This document shows positions 1 to 10,884 of a stretch of DNA of 32,056 nt, piece by piece (the first letter of the stretch is position 1; each line of letters opens with the position of its first letter). The position numbers and the translations under genes are program-made. Source of the DNA: Saprolegnia diclina VS20 (Eukaryota); assembly GCF_000281045.1 (NCBI RefSeq), contig NW_008246199.1, forward strand, positions 3,012 to 35,067. Reading direction: 5' to 3'. The notes below the pieces were generated by a model. That model did no database searches and had not been told where the DNA came from. It saw nothing but the letters and a program-made list of their open reading frames with translations.

Positions 1-446
1 ATGTAGCTGTACCAGCGCATGTTGGGGTTGTAGAGGAGACCCCAGTAGACGACAATCACCAAAAGCGAATTCGCAAAGCAAATGTCAAAGAGGCCGTTGA
101 GCGCCGCGCCCTCGCGTGAAATTGTGGTCGGTCCGTTGCGCGACCCGAACGTCCCAAGCTGGTACTTGATGGCCCAGAGATAGTAGAGACCTTGGAGGAT
201 AAAGTTCCAGACCGTGTAGTACGAGATCGTCTTTGTCCCGAGGTACCCGGTCTCGACGACGAGCACTGCGATGTAGAGGCCGACCATGGCGACGCGGAAG
301 GCCAAATGCACATGGTACGCCCACGGCGCAGGGTACTTGTAGCTCATGATGCGGTGGGGGCGGTGGCGCAGGTGATGGATCGACCGCAACGAAGCGAGAA
401 GCGCGAGGGCCAAGATGACGCCGATGACGACCTGAACCCAGAGCAT
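1..446 (-). CDS. FAR-17a/AIG1/rolling-stone-like multi-pass membrane protein, paralog 1 (3' end runs off the window)
   Basis: Absent from the ORF track because there is no stop in the window. Manual translation from ATG at 446: MLWVQVVIGVILALALLASLRSIHHLRHRPHRIMSYKYPAPWAYHVHLAFRVAMVGLYIAVLVVETGYLGTKTISYYTVWNFILQGLYYLWAIKYQLG...LNGLFDICFANSLLVIVVYWGLLYNPNMRWYSY. It carries the same YYTxWxFxLQxxY motif as the neighbouring paralogs. Confidence 0.85.
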   Translation of the reverse strand, partial: MLWVQVVIGVILALALLASLRSIHHLRHRPHRIMSYKYPAPWAYHVHLAFRVAMVGLYIAVLVVETGYLGTKTISYYTVWNFILQGLYYLWAIKYQLGTFGSRNGPTTISREGAALNGLFDICFANSLLVIVVYWGLLYNPNMRWYSY

Positions 447-458
447 TGATCGGTCGGT

Positions 459-474
459 GCAAATTCAAATGTGG
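459..474 (-). promoter_or_regulatory. Oomycete INR/FPR-like core promoter of paralog 1
   Basis: The minus strand reads CCACATTTGAATTTGC just upstream of ATG 446. AATTTGC fits the FPR consensus MWTTTNC; the INR part is imperfect. Confidence 0.4.
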
Positions 475-912
475 CGAGCGAGGAAGCTCCAAGGTTGTTG
501 ACGAGTAGCTTGGCTCTGGCCAGAAAACGTCGAAACTCAAAATCGAATCGCTGTCGCCATCTCTGACGTGGGTTCATCTAAGATCGCAGATCTCGGAAGC
601 TTTGGCATTGCATTGACTTCAGAACTCGCCATTCCAGCGTAGCACGCCGAGTGATCTCGCTCAGTTAACTCGCCCATGAGGCTAGCTTGTACGTGCTCCT
701 TGGCAGCAGCGCCGTGGGATTGAGAACTGCGTGCGGTCGCGGGATGCCAGTGGTGTGATACCACTGTCCACTGCTGAATTTGCCACGTTGGCACATTGAT
801 TGGCTACATCCTAGGGCTAGGTGCTTGTTGTCAAGGAATCGCGCGCCGACCGCTTAATGTTGCCAACGAACACAACTTGAACTCTGTCCTTAACGTTATC
901 GAGTCCTTATCG

Positions 913-1665
913 TTAGACCTCATTGCTAGTCTTGATACGACTGTGTGGGGCAGTAGGCGCAAGCCGCTTGAGACGCGAGAGACCCCAGACGGGGCCAAAG
1001 ATGACGACGTGGCCGCCCATGATGCCAGCGTACCACAGCGGTGCGCTCGGTGCGTCCAAGTCCATAAACGTGTATGGCCACTTGCGATACAGCCACGAGT
1101 CGACGCTGATCCACGCAAAGCACGCGTAGAGCGTAGGAAAGACAAGCACAAATGCAATCGAGTGCGTTTGAAGCTCGCGGCGCGTCGACGCAAGCTCAAT
1201 ACCGAAGAGAACAGTGTTGCCGCCGTGCTGAATGTAGCTGTACCAGAGCATCTTGGGAATGTAGAGAAGGCTCCAGTAGACGACAAGGACGAGAACCGAC
1301 ATGGCCAAGCAATTATCAAAGAGCGAGTGGAGGTACATGCTTTGGCGCGAGCTCGGACGCTGTCGTTGAAGCTGGTGCACAATCGCCCAAACAAGGTAGA
1401 CACCCTGTAGAGCAAAGGTCCAGACCGTGTAGTACGAGAGCATCGTGACGCCAAGGCCCAGCGCCTCGACGACCAAGATGACCACGTACAATAGCAATAC
1501 GCTGGCGCGAAAGGCAACATGGGCCACATACGTGGCGCGCGATGCGTACGGCACGCTTGGCCGAAGCGGCGGCGGTGACGCAGCGACGAGGTAGATGGCT
1601 ACAAGCGACGTCACACTCGTCGTGATCAAGAGCATAAGCGCAAAGATAGCTCCTTGGGTCCACAT
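913..1665 (-). CDS. FAR-17a/AIG1/rolling-stone-like membrane protein, paralog 2 (250 aa)
   Basis: Start placed at MWTQGAIF (1665) by analogy with the paralogs. Motifs SYYTVWTFALQGVY, YIQHGGN and WPYTFMD; about 7 hydrophobic segments. Confidence 0.88.
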   Translation of the reverse strand: MWTQGAIFALMLLITTSVTSLVAIYLVAASPPPLRPSVPYASRATYVAHVAFRASVLLLYVVILVVEALGLGVTMLSYYTVWTFALQGVYLVWAIVHQLQRQRPSSRQSMYLHSLFDNCLAMSVLVLVVYWSLLYIPKMLWYSYIQHGGNTVLFGIELASTRRELQTHSIAFVLVFPTLYACFAWISVDSWLYRKWPYTFMDLDAPSAPLWYAGIMGGHVVIFGPVWGLSRLKRLAPTAPHSRIKTSNEV

Positions 1666-2035
1666 GCTGCAGTGCCGACCAAATGAAGACTGCGATGTCA
1701 CCATCGACATATCGTGCTGCGTAGAAGTGTAGTTGCAAGCACCAAGTATTGGCTTTTAAGGCTCGTCGAAACCTTGGTCAACACGTCTCTACAACATCTC
1801 TTCATTGTCTGCAGAAACGCAGCCTCGAAGCTCGACTCTTTTCACAACCGCACCCCCATCGACGCGTCGCCTTAAAGCAATAAGAAGCTTCTTATGGTGG
1901 TATGGGTGAGGTTGGGCACCACTGCCAATGTCCAGGGATATTTCTCGATGGTACGTGCACTCGTAGCGATCGATGACGACTATTGAAAGAGGGAAAATCG
2001 ACAAAATTTCACGACTTTCACTATTGCATTTGGGA

Positions 2036-2788
2036 TCAAACAAAACTGAGCTTTCTCGCTTTCGGTGGGCCTTGGTTGACCACGATGGGGCATTGGCCAT
2101 GCAGATACCTTTCTTTGAGCAGCGAGAGCATGTAGAAGAGGCCAAAGGCGACCACATGACTCAGAAAGAGGCAGGCATACCCCGCCGCGGCCTCAGGCGA
2201 CGACAAATCGAGCCATGTCGACGGCGTCGACTCTTGGTGCACACAGAGAAGGATGACGTAGGCAGTCGGCAGCAGTAGCGTGAGCCCGAGGCTTTGGCGC
2301 TGGACCACAAAATGGTTGCCGACAAACTCGAGCAGGTACACGAGAAAGGACGCGCCATGCAACGCCAGATTCTGTCCATCCAAGACGCTGGTTGACGTGG
2401 CAAATGCGAGCAAGGCCGGGAGGACGCTCGCGCAGCTCATGTCGAGAAGCGTATTGAGCACGTAGCTGTCGCGGTGGAAGAGCACGGGCTCGTACCGCGA
2501 CCAATGGTGCGCGACTTGATAGATCGTCGCGCTGACAAAGTAGATGCCTTGGAGACCGAAGCTCCAAGTGGCGTACTCGTAGAGAAGCGGTTGTGCGACG
2601 ACGACGAGGATGAAGCGAGCGGCCGCAAAGGCGCGGAGAAGGAGCTGGCACGCATACGCCAGCGTCGACCGGAACTGAAAGATGGCGTCTGGGCGCTGAC
2701 GACGGTAGAGCTGGCCCACGCTCACCACGGACGCTACAATGGCCAGCGCCACGTAGAGCCCGACGAGCAGTTGGACCCACAGTAGCAT
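2036..2788 (-). CDS. FAR-17a/AIG1-like membrane protein, paralog 3, divergent (250 aa)
   Basis: Start MLLWVQLL at 2788 matches the MLWVQ start of paralog 1. Motifs are degenerate: EYATWSFGLQGIYF, ALHGAS, LLEFVGNHF. Confidence 0.85.
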   Translation of the reverse strand: MLLWVQLLVGLYVALAIVASVVSVGQLYRRQRPDAIFQFRSTLAYACQLLLRAFAAARFILVVVAQPLLYEYATWSFGLQGIYFVSATIYQVAHHWSRYEPVLFHRDSYVLNTLLDMSCASVLPALLAFATSTSVLDGQNLALHGASFLVYLLEFVGNHFVVQRQSLGLTLLLPTAYVILLCVHQESTPSTWLDLSSPEAAAGYACLFLSHVVAFGLFYMLSLLKERYLHGQCPIVVNQGPPKARKLSFV

Positions 2789-3564
2789 CGTGCGCGACTG
2801 AAGAATCCTGCGAGCTAAAATTCTGCGAGCTCGAGGCAAGGCAGCGCAGCTGCAATGTGTAGCTACTTGTTGAGTTTCGAGTTTGCTCCAACCAAAGACA
2901 ACGGGCGATACGAGCTGGGAACATGCTGGCGGCAGCACCTCGGAATGGAAGATCCGTGGGTCGCTCAGAGAGGGACGCCATGCAAGCGTCCCGAGTCCCG
3001 AGACGCGGCGACTGAGACCGACAGGCCGCGAAATCACGTGGTTGAAATTTCGAACGACGAAGATCATTTTGGACCAATCCGAGGGCGTGCCTCGGGCTTC
3101 GAAAAAATCCAAAAACGCCATTTTTGTGCCTTTAAATATGGCGCAACGCCACAAATACCACAACTACCTGCCACCTGCTCCTCCCACGGCTCGTTTTGCC
3201 TGCGCCAACCGGCTGCCAACACAGAGGCATGGGAGCAAGCCACGTCACTATTCATGTTGCATGCTTTGTGTATGGACGTGAACCTGAACCTGGCGAGCGT
3301 GCAGCGGTGGCGACCTCTTGGGACACCCCTCTTCGCTTCGACGCCTCACTTCGACGCGCCGGTGGCGAGAGCGCAACGTGTTTATCTTCACGGTAGCGCT
3401 TCGTGGATCAACATATTCTAGTTGTCCCTTGTAAAACGAGCTCAATCGATCTTTGCGATACACCCCACCTCACATGCATTCGACTCTTCAGCTGGTATTC
3501 AAACGTCCTTTTTTGGTTTCAAAATTCAAACGGCGCAGGTTTCAAGTACAACCGGTTTCACCCC

Positions 3565-6500
3565 ATGCCGTCGGTGCTGCCAACGACGAACGCCGTCGGG
3601 CCTTTCGCGCCGTCGCCGTCGCCGCCAAGACGCTTCTGGCAGCGCGCCTGTATCGAAGTGCTCTTAGGCTACAGCTACATTCTGCTCTCGCTCTTTTGCG
3701 GCGTGTGGTTTCTGCAGCAAATCAACCCGAGTTTCTCAAACGACCTCTTTTGGGCGCACTACAACCTCAGTGGGTACGAAGCCTACCTCATCGACGTCTC
3801 CAACGCCGTCTTGGCGACAACGGAAACAGGCAACATCGACCTCCTCGCCTTGAGCATGGACAAGGCGTACACGTCGCCCATCTCGTCGACGCTCGTCTAC
3901 ACCACGTACGCGCGGTCGCTCGCCCTCACCGCGTTTACCAGCATCGAGTACGCTGTGCCCAATGTGCGCAACATGTCGATCAGTGCGGTCAAGAACCCGA
4001 ACGCGCAGCTGTGCTGGGTCGACTTTGACAAACAATGGGAGCTTGCGCATACGATCCGACGGCAAGACCGCTGTGCGCAACGCTATGTCGCGAATGCTGC
4101 CGTCTATTACGAAGCCTACCTCCGCAACACCAACATGCCGGCCTTTCTGCGCAAGTTTGGCACCCCCGGCAATGAGTTTTACGTCGCAATCCTGACGGCG
4201 ATTCTGGCGTCACCAAGCGGCCCAAGCTGGCTCGACGCCGTGTCGACCGCACTCCCAACAACGTCGGTGGAACAAGAAGTCGCCTACTGGCGCCAAGTGC
4301 CTTTGACCGAGTTTGTCTACGTGTGGCAAAACTCGGGTATCACGGGCATTGCCGAGACGCTCATCATTCGAAATGCCCTTGGGATCGACGAGACGTACAC
4401 GGCCAAGAACGTCGCTTACGCCAGTGGTCCTTGGACCTCGAGCAATTTGTACTTTCTGCTTGGAAACGACTGGTGGATCATGCAGCTGACCAACCAAAGC
4501 CTCGTGCGGGGTGCGACTAACTATTTTGGACTTGTCGACACGTTTGAAGTCTACGGCGGGTACATGAACAATGCCGACGGCACCGGCTACGTTGGCCCGA
4601 CGGCGCTCGCCCGCGTGTACCTCGGGCCCTTTCTCTCGATCGATGCGCTGCTCGTACCAGTGCCTTCCGTGCTTAGAACGTACTACCGTAGAATTCAAGC
4701 CTACATGATGACGGCCGTGCCAGGCGAAGCGTTTCGAGCACTTCCCACGGTGACCTTGGCGCCGTTCCCGCCACCGTGGCGAAGCGATGCATACGAGTTT
4801 TATGGCGGCAACATTTTATGCTTGGGCGGTGGTCCACTGCCCTTTGTGCAAGAGAGCTTTAGCACCGACGACGGCTGCGTCACGCAGGCGCCGCTTCGCG
4901 TCCCCGCGAGTCGCTTCTCTCTCCTCTTTGCCAGGGCCGCCATGAAGGCAGCATCCTGGAACGTGCGCGCTATCTGCGCACTCCAAAGCGACAACCGCTG
5001 TGCGTCGACGTTGCAACCGCTCGAACCGCTGCTTGCTTCGTCACCACCCCCAGATATGATGCGTGAGCTCACCGATATCACAGAGACCATCGTCGCCCTC
5101 AACGTAACGCTCATGCAGTTTGCCACCCCGTTGACCAACAGCAGCGACTATCAACTGCTTCTGCACCCGCTGCTCGCTGACGACGCGTGGTCTTTCTACG
5201 GCTGGCTCATGCTCTGCGACTGGGTCGAAGGCAAGCGCGAGGTCGTGTCGTTTCAAGGCGACGCTGCTACGATGGTGTTGATCTCGGCAGCGTACACACC
5301 CGTGAGCTACTCGACGGGCGTCGGCACGCGCTACCTGAGCAACGCCAACGAAATCTTGTTCTACTTGGTCAACTACATGTCGGCCGTGCTCACCGTGGTC
5401 GGCTTCGTCTCGGTGCTCTATGGCCTCTCGCTGCGCGGTCGGCTCGTCGCGGCCAACCTCTTGTATTTCAACCGGCTCGTTGGCTCCGTGTGGGTTGGGC
5501 GACCGATTTTGCTCTTGCGCGGTTTTGCGGCGACGCTCCTTCTCAGCACATCGCCGATCGCACTCTCGACGTCGTCCAACGGGTCGACGTCGTTTGCGAT
5601 CGTCCAGCGCTCGATTTTTGACAAATTTGTCCTCACGGGCGAGGCGTGCTGGATGAACTACGTCATCACCGACATTTGCCTCCTGTTTTCGTCGTCATCG
5701 CCGCCGCGCCTTGCGCAGTTGGCCACATACCTCTTGTGGCTCTCGTTTTTTGTACTCGAGTCAGTCTATCCCATGGGACCCACGATGCAAATCGAGCGAC
5801 ATTGCAGCGCCACCGATATGGACCGTTCACTCCAGTGTCAAAGCGGAGTCGTTGAGATTGGCCGCATCGGGCGCGTGCTCTGGCTCGTCTCTTCCCAGCT
5901 CGTGGTCATCGTAGTTGCCTTCATTCTCGGTCGGCTCTCTCAAATGGCTCGTGTTCGCCCGACACCAACGATCGCGCTTCGAGAAGGGCAGCACCACTTG
6001 CTCGTCTCGTCGGTCGCCCACGCCTTTGTGGCCTCGTCCGACGCCACCACATGGGCACTCGATGCGGTCTCGTGCCTCCTCTGTGGCTTGGTGCCGCTTC
6101 GCTTCCGTGGCCAAGGCTACCTCTTTGATTTGCGCTTGTGGCTGCTCGTCCGTGACGGAGACGGCAACCACGTGATACCGCTGGCGTCACCTCCCGTCGA
6201 CGCCCTTGTCGCAGCGAAACCTGCAGCCGCCGTAGACAATCCTACCGCGTCGCGCAAGTGGCACCACGAAAACAACCCGGTCTTTGCTGTCCTTGGGTTT
6301 GTGTACATCATTTTGGCCATCATCGGTAGCGTCTCGTACTTTGAAGTATCCCGCGTCAACTTGGCCAACGATCTGTCGTGGGCGACGTTCAACATGACTG
6401 GCGCCCATGCGTTTATCGCAAATTACCTCAACGAGTTTACGCTCTATTTGCCGCCGGCAGTGCAAACGCCCTTTCATCTCGACGACATGGGGCTCGTACT

Positions 6501-8931
6501 ACCAGGTGCGTACAACGATTCGACGGGCGTCGTCATTTCGTCGAGCCTCCACCCGTCGATCGTGCAGTACACGTTGCTCAACAGCACTGCGGCGGCGATC
6601 CGCGATCTTCGCAGGACGAGTGCTTGCAATGTTCCCTGGATCTTTACTGCCTACTGCTTTGTCGACTTTGCGAAAACGTGGAGCGTGGCCGCGACCGCGT
6701 CGCGCGCTGCACGCTGCGACACCATGGCGTCCAACGGCGCCGTGTACCTCGAGGCAATCTTGCGCAATGTCGCCTGGAGCGCTTGGCTCTCTTGTGGCTA
6801 CGGCGAGGCCTTTGACAACGCCTTTGGAGCCGAGCTGGCAACGACAAGTGCAGGCCAGCGCTGGCTCGCGACCGTCCAAACCGACGCGCTTGCACCTTTG
6901 TCAGTCGAAGTCGACCACTGGATGGTGGCGCGCATCACCTCGTACTCGCTGCAATGGCAAACCTTCAAGAAGCTCGGCTTGATCAACAAGTATAGCATCA
7001 GTAATGCGTACGGCGAAGTGTACCCGCTGACACTCCAGGCGACCAACGGCTCGTTTCATGCCACCCGCGCCACGTCGTACAAGATGTACTGGGGGCTCGC
7101 CAACGACTTGGTGGCCGTGGCGGCCAATGCAACGACGGGCATTGCGGGCCAGAGTTTGGTTCGGTCCAGTGCCAATTTTGCCTACACCAACACCTCGGCG
7201 ACCTCTGTGCTCGTGGCGGCTGGTGCACTTCTGTCGCCGCTGACGCGCGCGATGGCACTGGTGCAAAATACTATACTGGGGCCATTTGGCGCGATCGATG
7301 TCTACTATGTGCCCGTTCCCAATAGCCTCAAAATCGCGGTGCAGCAGCTCAAAACATACGTGCGCCTTCGACTCCGACAAGAAGTGCAGTGCCAAAAGCT
7401 GTTTGCCAACATTTCAACGATCGACTCGAACCTCGTCATTCCAGCTGCGTGGGCTGACGTTGGGTTTTTCTCGACAGGCGGGTCCTTGCTGTGTGACGAC
7501 GGCAGTCCACAGCCGATTGCGGCGGGGACCCGCACACTTCTCTCTCGCGGCCAGTGCCCGACCTCGAACGCGCTCAGCAGCATTGGCATGTCGGCCACGT
7601 ACCTCGTCTTGGCGGCAGTGCTGAGCAACCTTCCGTCGCTTCTCGCGATCCCCGGCATGGACTTTGCAACGATCTGCGCGCAGTCCAGCACGAGCCCGGT
7701 AGCGTGTGCGCGGTACCTCAACGCGACCATGGCCTTTTTACCGGCGTGCGTGGCGGCGGGGTACTCTGCCTACACCCCGCTGCTGGCCCACGCGCGGTCG
7801 GACATTCAAGCGCTCAACATTTTGTTCATGCAAATGGGCGTCGCCAACCTCTCGGCGCCATTGAGCATGTACACATCGCAGCTCCTGGACCCGAACGACC
7901 GTCGATTCGACTTTTTTGCGTGGTTTTACCTCTACGATTGGAGCCGGGGCACGCGCGAAGTCGTGTCGTTTCAAGGGGATGTCGGCAACGTCACCGTCCT
8001 CTCCGACTACACGTCGCTCGTGGCGCGCGAGGCGCAGCGCTGGGAACTCTCGACCATCGTGGCCTCGTACGCCCGTGCGTGCGTCCAGTACGTGACCTTT
8101 GTGATGATCTGCGTCGCGATCGTCGTTGGCATGTACATACTCTCGAGCCGGGGGCACGTCGAGGGGCTCAACATGCTCGTGCTCAACCGCGTCGGTGGCA
8201 TCGTCTGGGTCGGTCGGCCGCTCCTCTTTGTCCGCAGCTTGACAGCTGTCTGTCTCCTCTCGACCGGCACACTCGAACTCGTGTATGATGGCGGGTACAG
8301 CTTTTTTCAAAGCGCAACGAATCCGTGGTACAAGACGTGGCTCGCGGCGAGCGAAGTGACGTGGCTACTGTCGGTTGTCAACGACATTCTCATGGTCATC
8401 ACGCTCGAGTACACGCCGTACTGCGCGACGCCCAACAGTCTTCTCGTCTGGCTTGTCGCGGCGATTCTGAGTGCGACGTACCCGGTATCGCACTCGGCGA
8501 TGCTATCGACCGATGCGTGCTACGCCGCCGAAGTCGATTTTCAGCTCATTTGCAACTCGGCGACCATTTACATTGGTAGCACGAGCCGGCTCTGGACACT
8601 CATCGGCGTCGTCGTCGCCTGCAACATTGTGGTCTACGTCGTTGTCCGCATGACGCTCACGGAAGCGCCGCGCAGTGACATCAACTCGCTCTTTCTCTAT
8701 GCCGGTGCGCGGTACCTCTTCTGGCATTCGAAATGGAAGTACGACGACGTCTACTACCTCGACAAAGCGTCCGCGGTCCTCAACGGCATTTTGCCGCTGC
8801 GCTGGCGCGGCCGGCTCTACGCCTTTGACATCAAACTGTGGCGCATTTTTGCACTACCGTCGCCGGCGTCGGTGCCGCGCGGCCACGCGTTTTACGAAGC
8901 CTCGCAGGCGGCGCTACCGTTGGTCGAGTAG
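3565..8931 (+). CDS. Large intronless polytopic membrane protein (1788 aa) with two homologous halves; function unknown, oomycete-type
   Basis: 5.4-kb ORF with first in-frame ATG at 3565. Paired motifs across the halves: NDLFWAHYNLSG/NDLSWATFNMTG, CWVDFDKQW/CFVDFAKTW, NAAVYYEAYLRN/NGAVYLEAILRN, DWVEGKREVVSFQGD/DWSRGTREVVSFQGD, NRLVGSVWVGRP/NRVGGIVWVGRP, FDLRLW/FDIKLW. Each half has one TM, a large Cys- and N-glycosylation-site-rich domain, then several TMs. Confidence 0.92.
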   Translation: MPSVLPTTNAVGPFAPSPSPPRRFWQRACIEVLLGYSYILLSLFCGVWFLQQINPSFSNDLFWAHYNLSGYEAYLIDVSNAVLATTETGNIDLLALSMDKAYTSPISSTLVYTTYARSLALTAFTSIEYAVPNVRNMSISAVKNPNAQLCWVDFDKQWELAHTIRRQDRCAQRYVANAAVYYEAYLRNTNMPAFLRKFGTPGNEFYVAILTAILASPSGPSWLDAVSTALPTTSVEQEVAYWRQVPLTEFVYVWQNSGITGIAETLIIRNALGIDETYTAKNVAYASGPWTSSNLYFLLGNDWWIMQLTNQSLVRGATNYFGLVDTFEVYGGYMNNADGTGYVGPTALARVYLGPFLSIDALLVPVPSVLRTYYRRIQAYMMTAVPGEAFRALPTVTLAPFPPPWRSDAYEFYGGNILCLGGGPLPFVQESFSTDDGCVTQAPLRVPASRFSLLFARAAMKAASWNVRAICALQSDNRCASTLQPLEPLLASSPPPDMMRELTDITETIVALNVTLMQFATPLTNSSDYQLLLHPLLADDAWSFYGWLMLCDWVEGKREVVSFQGDAATMVLISAAYTPVSYSTGVGTRYLSNANEILFYLVNYMSAVLTVVGFVSVLYGLSLRGRLVAANLLYFNRLVGSVWVGRPILLLRGFAATLLLSTSPIALSTSSNGSTSFAIVQRSIFDKFVLTGEACWMNYVITDICLLFSSSSPPRLAQLATYLLWLSFFVLESVYPMGPTMQIERHCSATDMDRSLQCQSGVVEIGRIGRVLWLVSSQLVVIVVAFILGRLSQMARVRPTPTIALREGQHHLLVSSVAHAFVASSDATTWALDAVSCLLCGLVPLRFRGQGYLFDLRLWLLVRDGDGNHVIPLASPPVDALVAAKPAAAVDNPTASRKWHHENNPVFAVLGFVYIILAIIGSVSYFEVSRVNLANDLSWATFNMTGAHAFIANYLNEFTLYLPPAVQTPFHLDDMGLVLPGAYNDSTGVVISSSLHPSIVQYTLLNSTAAAIRDLRRTSACNVPWIFTAYCFVDFAKTWSVAATASRAARCDTMASNGAVYLEAILRNVAWSAWLSCGYGEAFDNAFGAELATTSAGQRWLATVQTDALAPLSVEVDHWMVARITSYSLQWQTFKKLGLINKYSISNAYGEVYPLTLQATNGSFHATRATSYKMYWGLANDLVAVAANATTGIAGQSLVRSSANFAYTNTSATSVLVAAGALLSPLTRAMALVQNTILGPFGAIDVYYVPVPNSLKIAVQQLKTYVRLRLRQEVQCQKLFANISTIDSNLVIPAAWADVGFFSTGGSLLCDDGSPQPIAAGTRTLLSRGQCPTSNALSSIGMSATYLVLAAVLSNLPSLLAIPGMDFATICAQSSTSPVACARYLNATMAFLPACVAAGYSAYTPLLAHARSDIQALNILFMQMGVANLSAPLSMYTSQLLDPNDRRFDFFAWFYLYDWSRGTREVVSFQGDVGNVTVLSDYTSLVAREAQRWELSTIVASYARACVQYVTFVMICVAIVVGMYILSSRGHVEGLNMLVLNRVGGIVWVGRPLLFVRSLTAVCLLSTGTLELVYDGGYSFFQSATNPWYKTWLAASEVTWLLSVVNDILMVITLEYTPYCATPNSLLVWLVAAILSATYPVSHSAMLSTDACYAAEVDFQLICNSATIYIGSTSRLWTLIGVVVACNIVVYVVVRMTLTEAPRSDINSLFLYAGARYLFWHSKWKYDDVYYLDKASAVLNGILPLRWRGRLYAFDIKLWRIFALPSPASVPRGHAFYEASQAALPLVE

Positions 8932-9775
8932 CCACCAAGCCACCGATCGCGACGGGTCTGTGACGACGCCACCCATCACGCACAGTACGAGCGACGCGAT
9001 CTTGCCGACGTGCGTTTGTTTAATCAATGCATTTTTCATAAGGACATTATTGGCATAGCTACAATACTCGACGCGTGGTGCGACAGACCAGTGAAGGTTG
9101 AACAGTAGGTCAGAATGACGTGGCGTCGGAACCATAGTACATTGTTGCATCGATCGTTCGAGCAGCGTCAAAAATACCTTGCTTGTGACGCATCATATCT
9201 GGCTAGAACGTGATGGGGTCGAGCTGCTGGTCACCGCAAGGCAACAGCCCACGGCGGACCACGTACTACGAGTGCTGGAATTGCTACCAGTACAGTAGCT
9301 CGCTCATCCAACTCTTCCAGTCCGCCACGTCACGACCGCATGTTGATGCATGCATATTCCGCACAACCAGTGACACGACAAAGAACGCCGTGCACCCGGC
9401 GCTCGTCAAGGCACTATCACACCACGACGCCTCAGTTTCCAGTACACAGCTATTGGCTGAGGGGTCGACGAGAATTCGAGTTGCCTTCTCGACCAAAGTT
9501 TCATTTATTTGGATACAATCAAGGGTATATACCCTTGATACAATCTGGTCATTGCCCAGAAAAAAGTCTGACGAAGCACAAAAACCATTGCATTAACTCA
9601 TCCGTCTAGTCGGTCCACTGGTGACTCACGCCATAAGCTTTGAAAATCCGTGGGTGGGACCGGGGTAGCGTACCGGCTGGCGCGACGATGTTGCATGGGT
9701 GTCCCGTAGCACCCAGGGATCGTTGAGGTTTCAGCACTTTTCAATTGCATTGGCCGCGCACCAACCCAGTGTTTC

Positions 9776-10543
9776 ATGTGGCAAGAGGTCGTCGTCGGCT
9801 GCCTCCTCGCTGTCGTCCTCGTCGGCTCTGTCGTCGCCTTGTACACGCACGCACAGACACCGCGTCCGTACGCGTCGGCGTTTGCGCCGCTTCCACGACC
9901 TTTGTTGCTTGTGGCCACCCGCGCGCTCAGCGTCGTCTTCTACCTCGTCGTGCTCATTGACGACTTGAGTGGTGGCGGGATTCGCAACTACGACTACTAC
10001 ACGTTCTGGAACTTCAACCTCCAAACGATTTACTTTGTCTACAGCCTCGTCGTCCAATGGCGGGGTGTACAGCACGACCATGCGCGCCGCCTCAACACAT
10101 TCTCGGACGTTGTCGTCGCCGACGCGCTGCTCGTCATGGTGGTCTTCTGGGCCATCCTCTACGATAGCAGCAAGCCACTTCGGTGGGTCGAAGTCGCCGA
10201 GCACGGCGTCAACTCGGTCCTCGTGCTGCTTGAGTTTGGCCTCAACGACTTTGGCGTCCAGACGCGCAGTGTTGTGTACGCATCGTGCCTTTTTCCTGCG
10301 GTGTTTGGTGCATTTGCGTGGATCGGGCGCTCGTACTGGCGCGACGACTGGGTCTATCCGTTCCTCAACGTCACCGACACCTTGGCGCCGCTCTGGTACA
10401 TTGGACTCATTGTTGGTCACGGCGCCTTCTTTGGCGTCGCTCTCGGTCTCGCCAAGCTCAAGCGGTACGTGCGTCAACCAGCAACAACCACCGATACGCT
10501 GCACTCACCGCACTTGTCCGACGCGCTGACCAAAGTAGTGTAA
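9776..10543 (+). CDS. FAR-17a/AIG1-like membrane protein, paralog 4 (255 aa)
   Basis: Motifs YYTFWNFNLQTIYF, AEHGVN and WVYPFLN. WVYPFL is the C-terminal motif typical of the AIG1/ADTRP family. Confidence 0.9.
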   Translation: MWQEVVVGCLLAVVLVGSVVALYTHAQTPRPYASAFAPLPRPLLLVATRALSVVFYLVVLIDDLSGGGIRNYDYYTFWNFNLQTIYFVYSLVVQWRGVQHDHARRLNTFSDVVVADALLVMVVFWAILYDSSKPLRWVEVAEHGVNSVLVLLEFGLNDFGVQTRSVVYASCLFPAVFGAFAWIGRSYWRDDWVYPFLNVTDTLAPLWYIGLIVGHGAFFGVALGLAKLKRYVRQPATTTDTLHSPHLSDALTKVV

Positions 10544-10884
10544 CACCGATCAAAATTGTACTAGAACGACACTTTCTGTACATTTAGCTACAGTCCAAGC
10601 AAATGGGCACCTCTGGTGTGTCCGAGTGTCCGAGTTGTCTGCAGACAATGTATGTAGCTCGCAGCACCGCGCGAATACAATCAAGCCCTACCCCTTGGAT
10701 AGATTTATCGCGACGCCTCCGAGAACGGTAAGAACGTAGTGGACTGCTACTAGAAGAACGTATCGATGCCCTCACGATCCTATAAGAACTGCTACGTACC
10801 CCATGCGTGGCTTGTGACGCTGTGATGCAACGGGGACGTGAACACACACTTGTGTAGAATAGTATACTCGTATAAGTTAGCGGG

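Noticed and set aside
2789..3163. N-terminal extensions in the ORF track (also 1666-1710, 3403-3564, 13416-13850, 14220-14267)
   Set aside because: They mostly rely on GTG/TTG starts or are not shared with paralogs; the paralogs agree on the downstream ATG.
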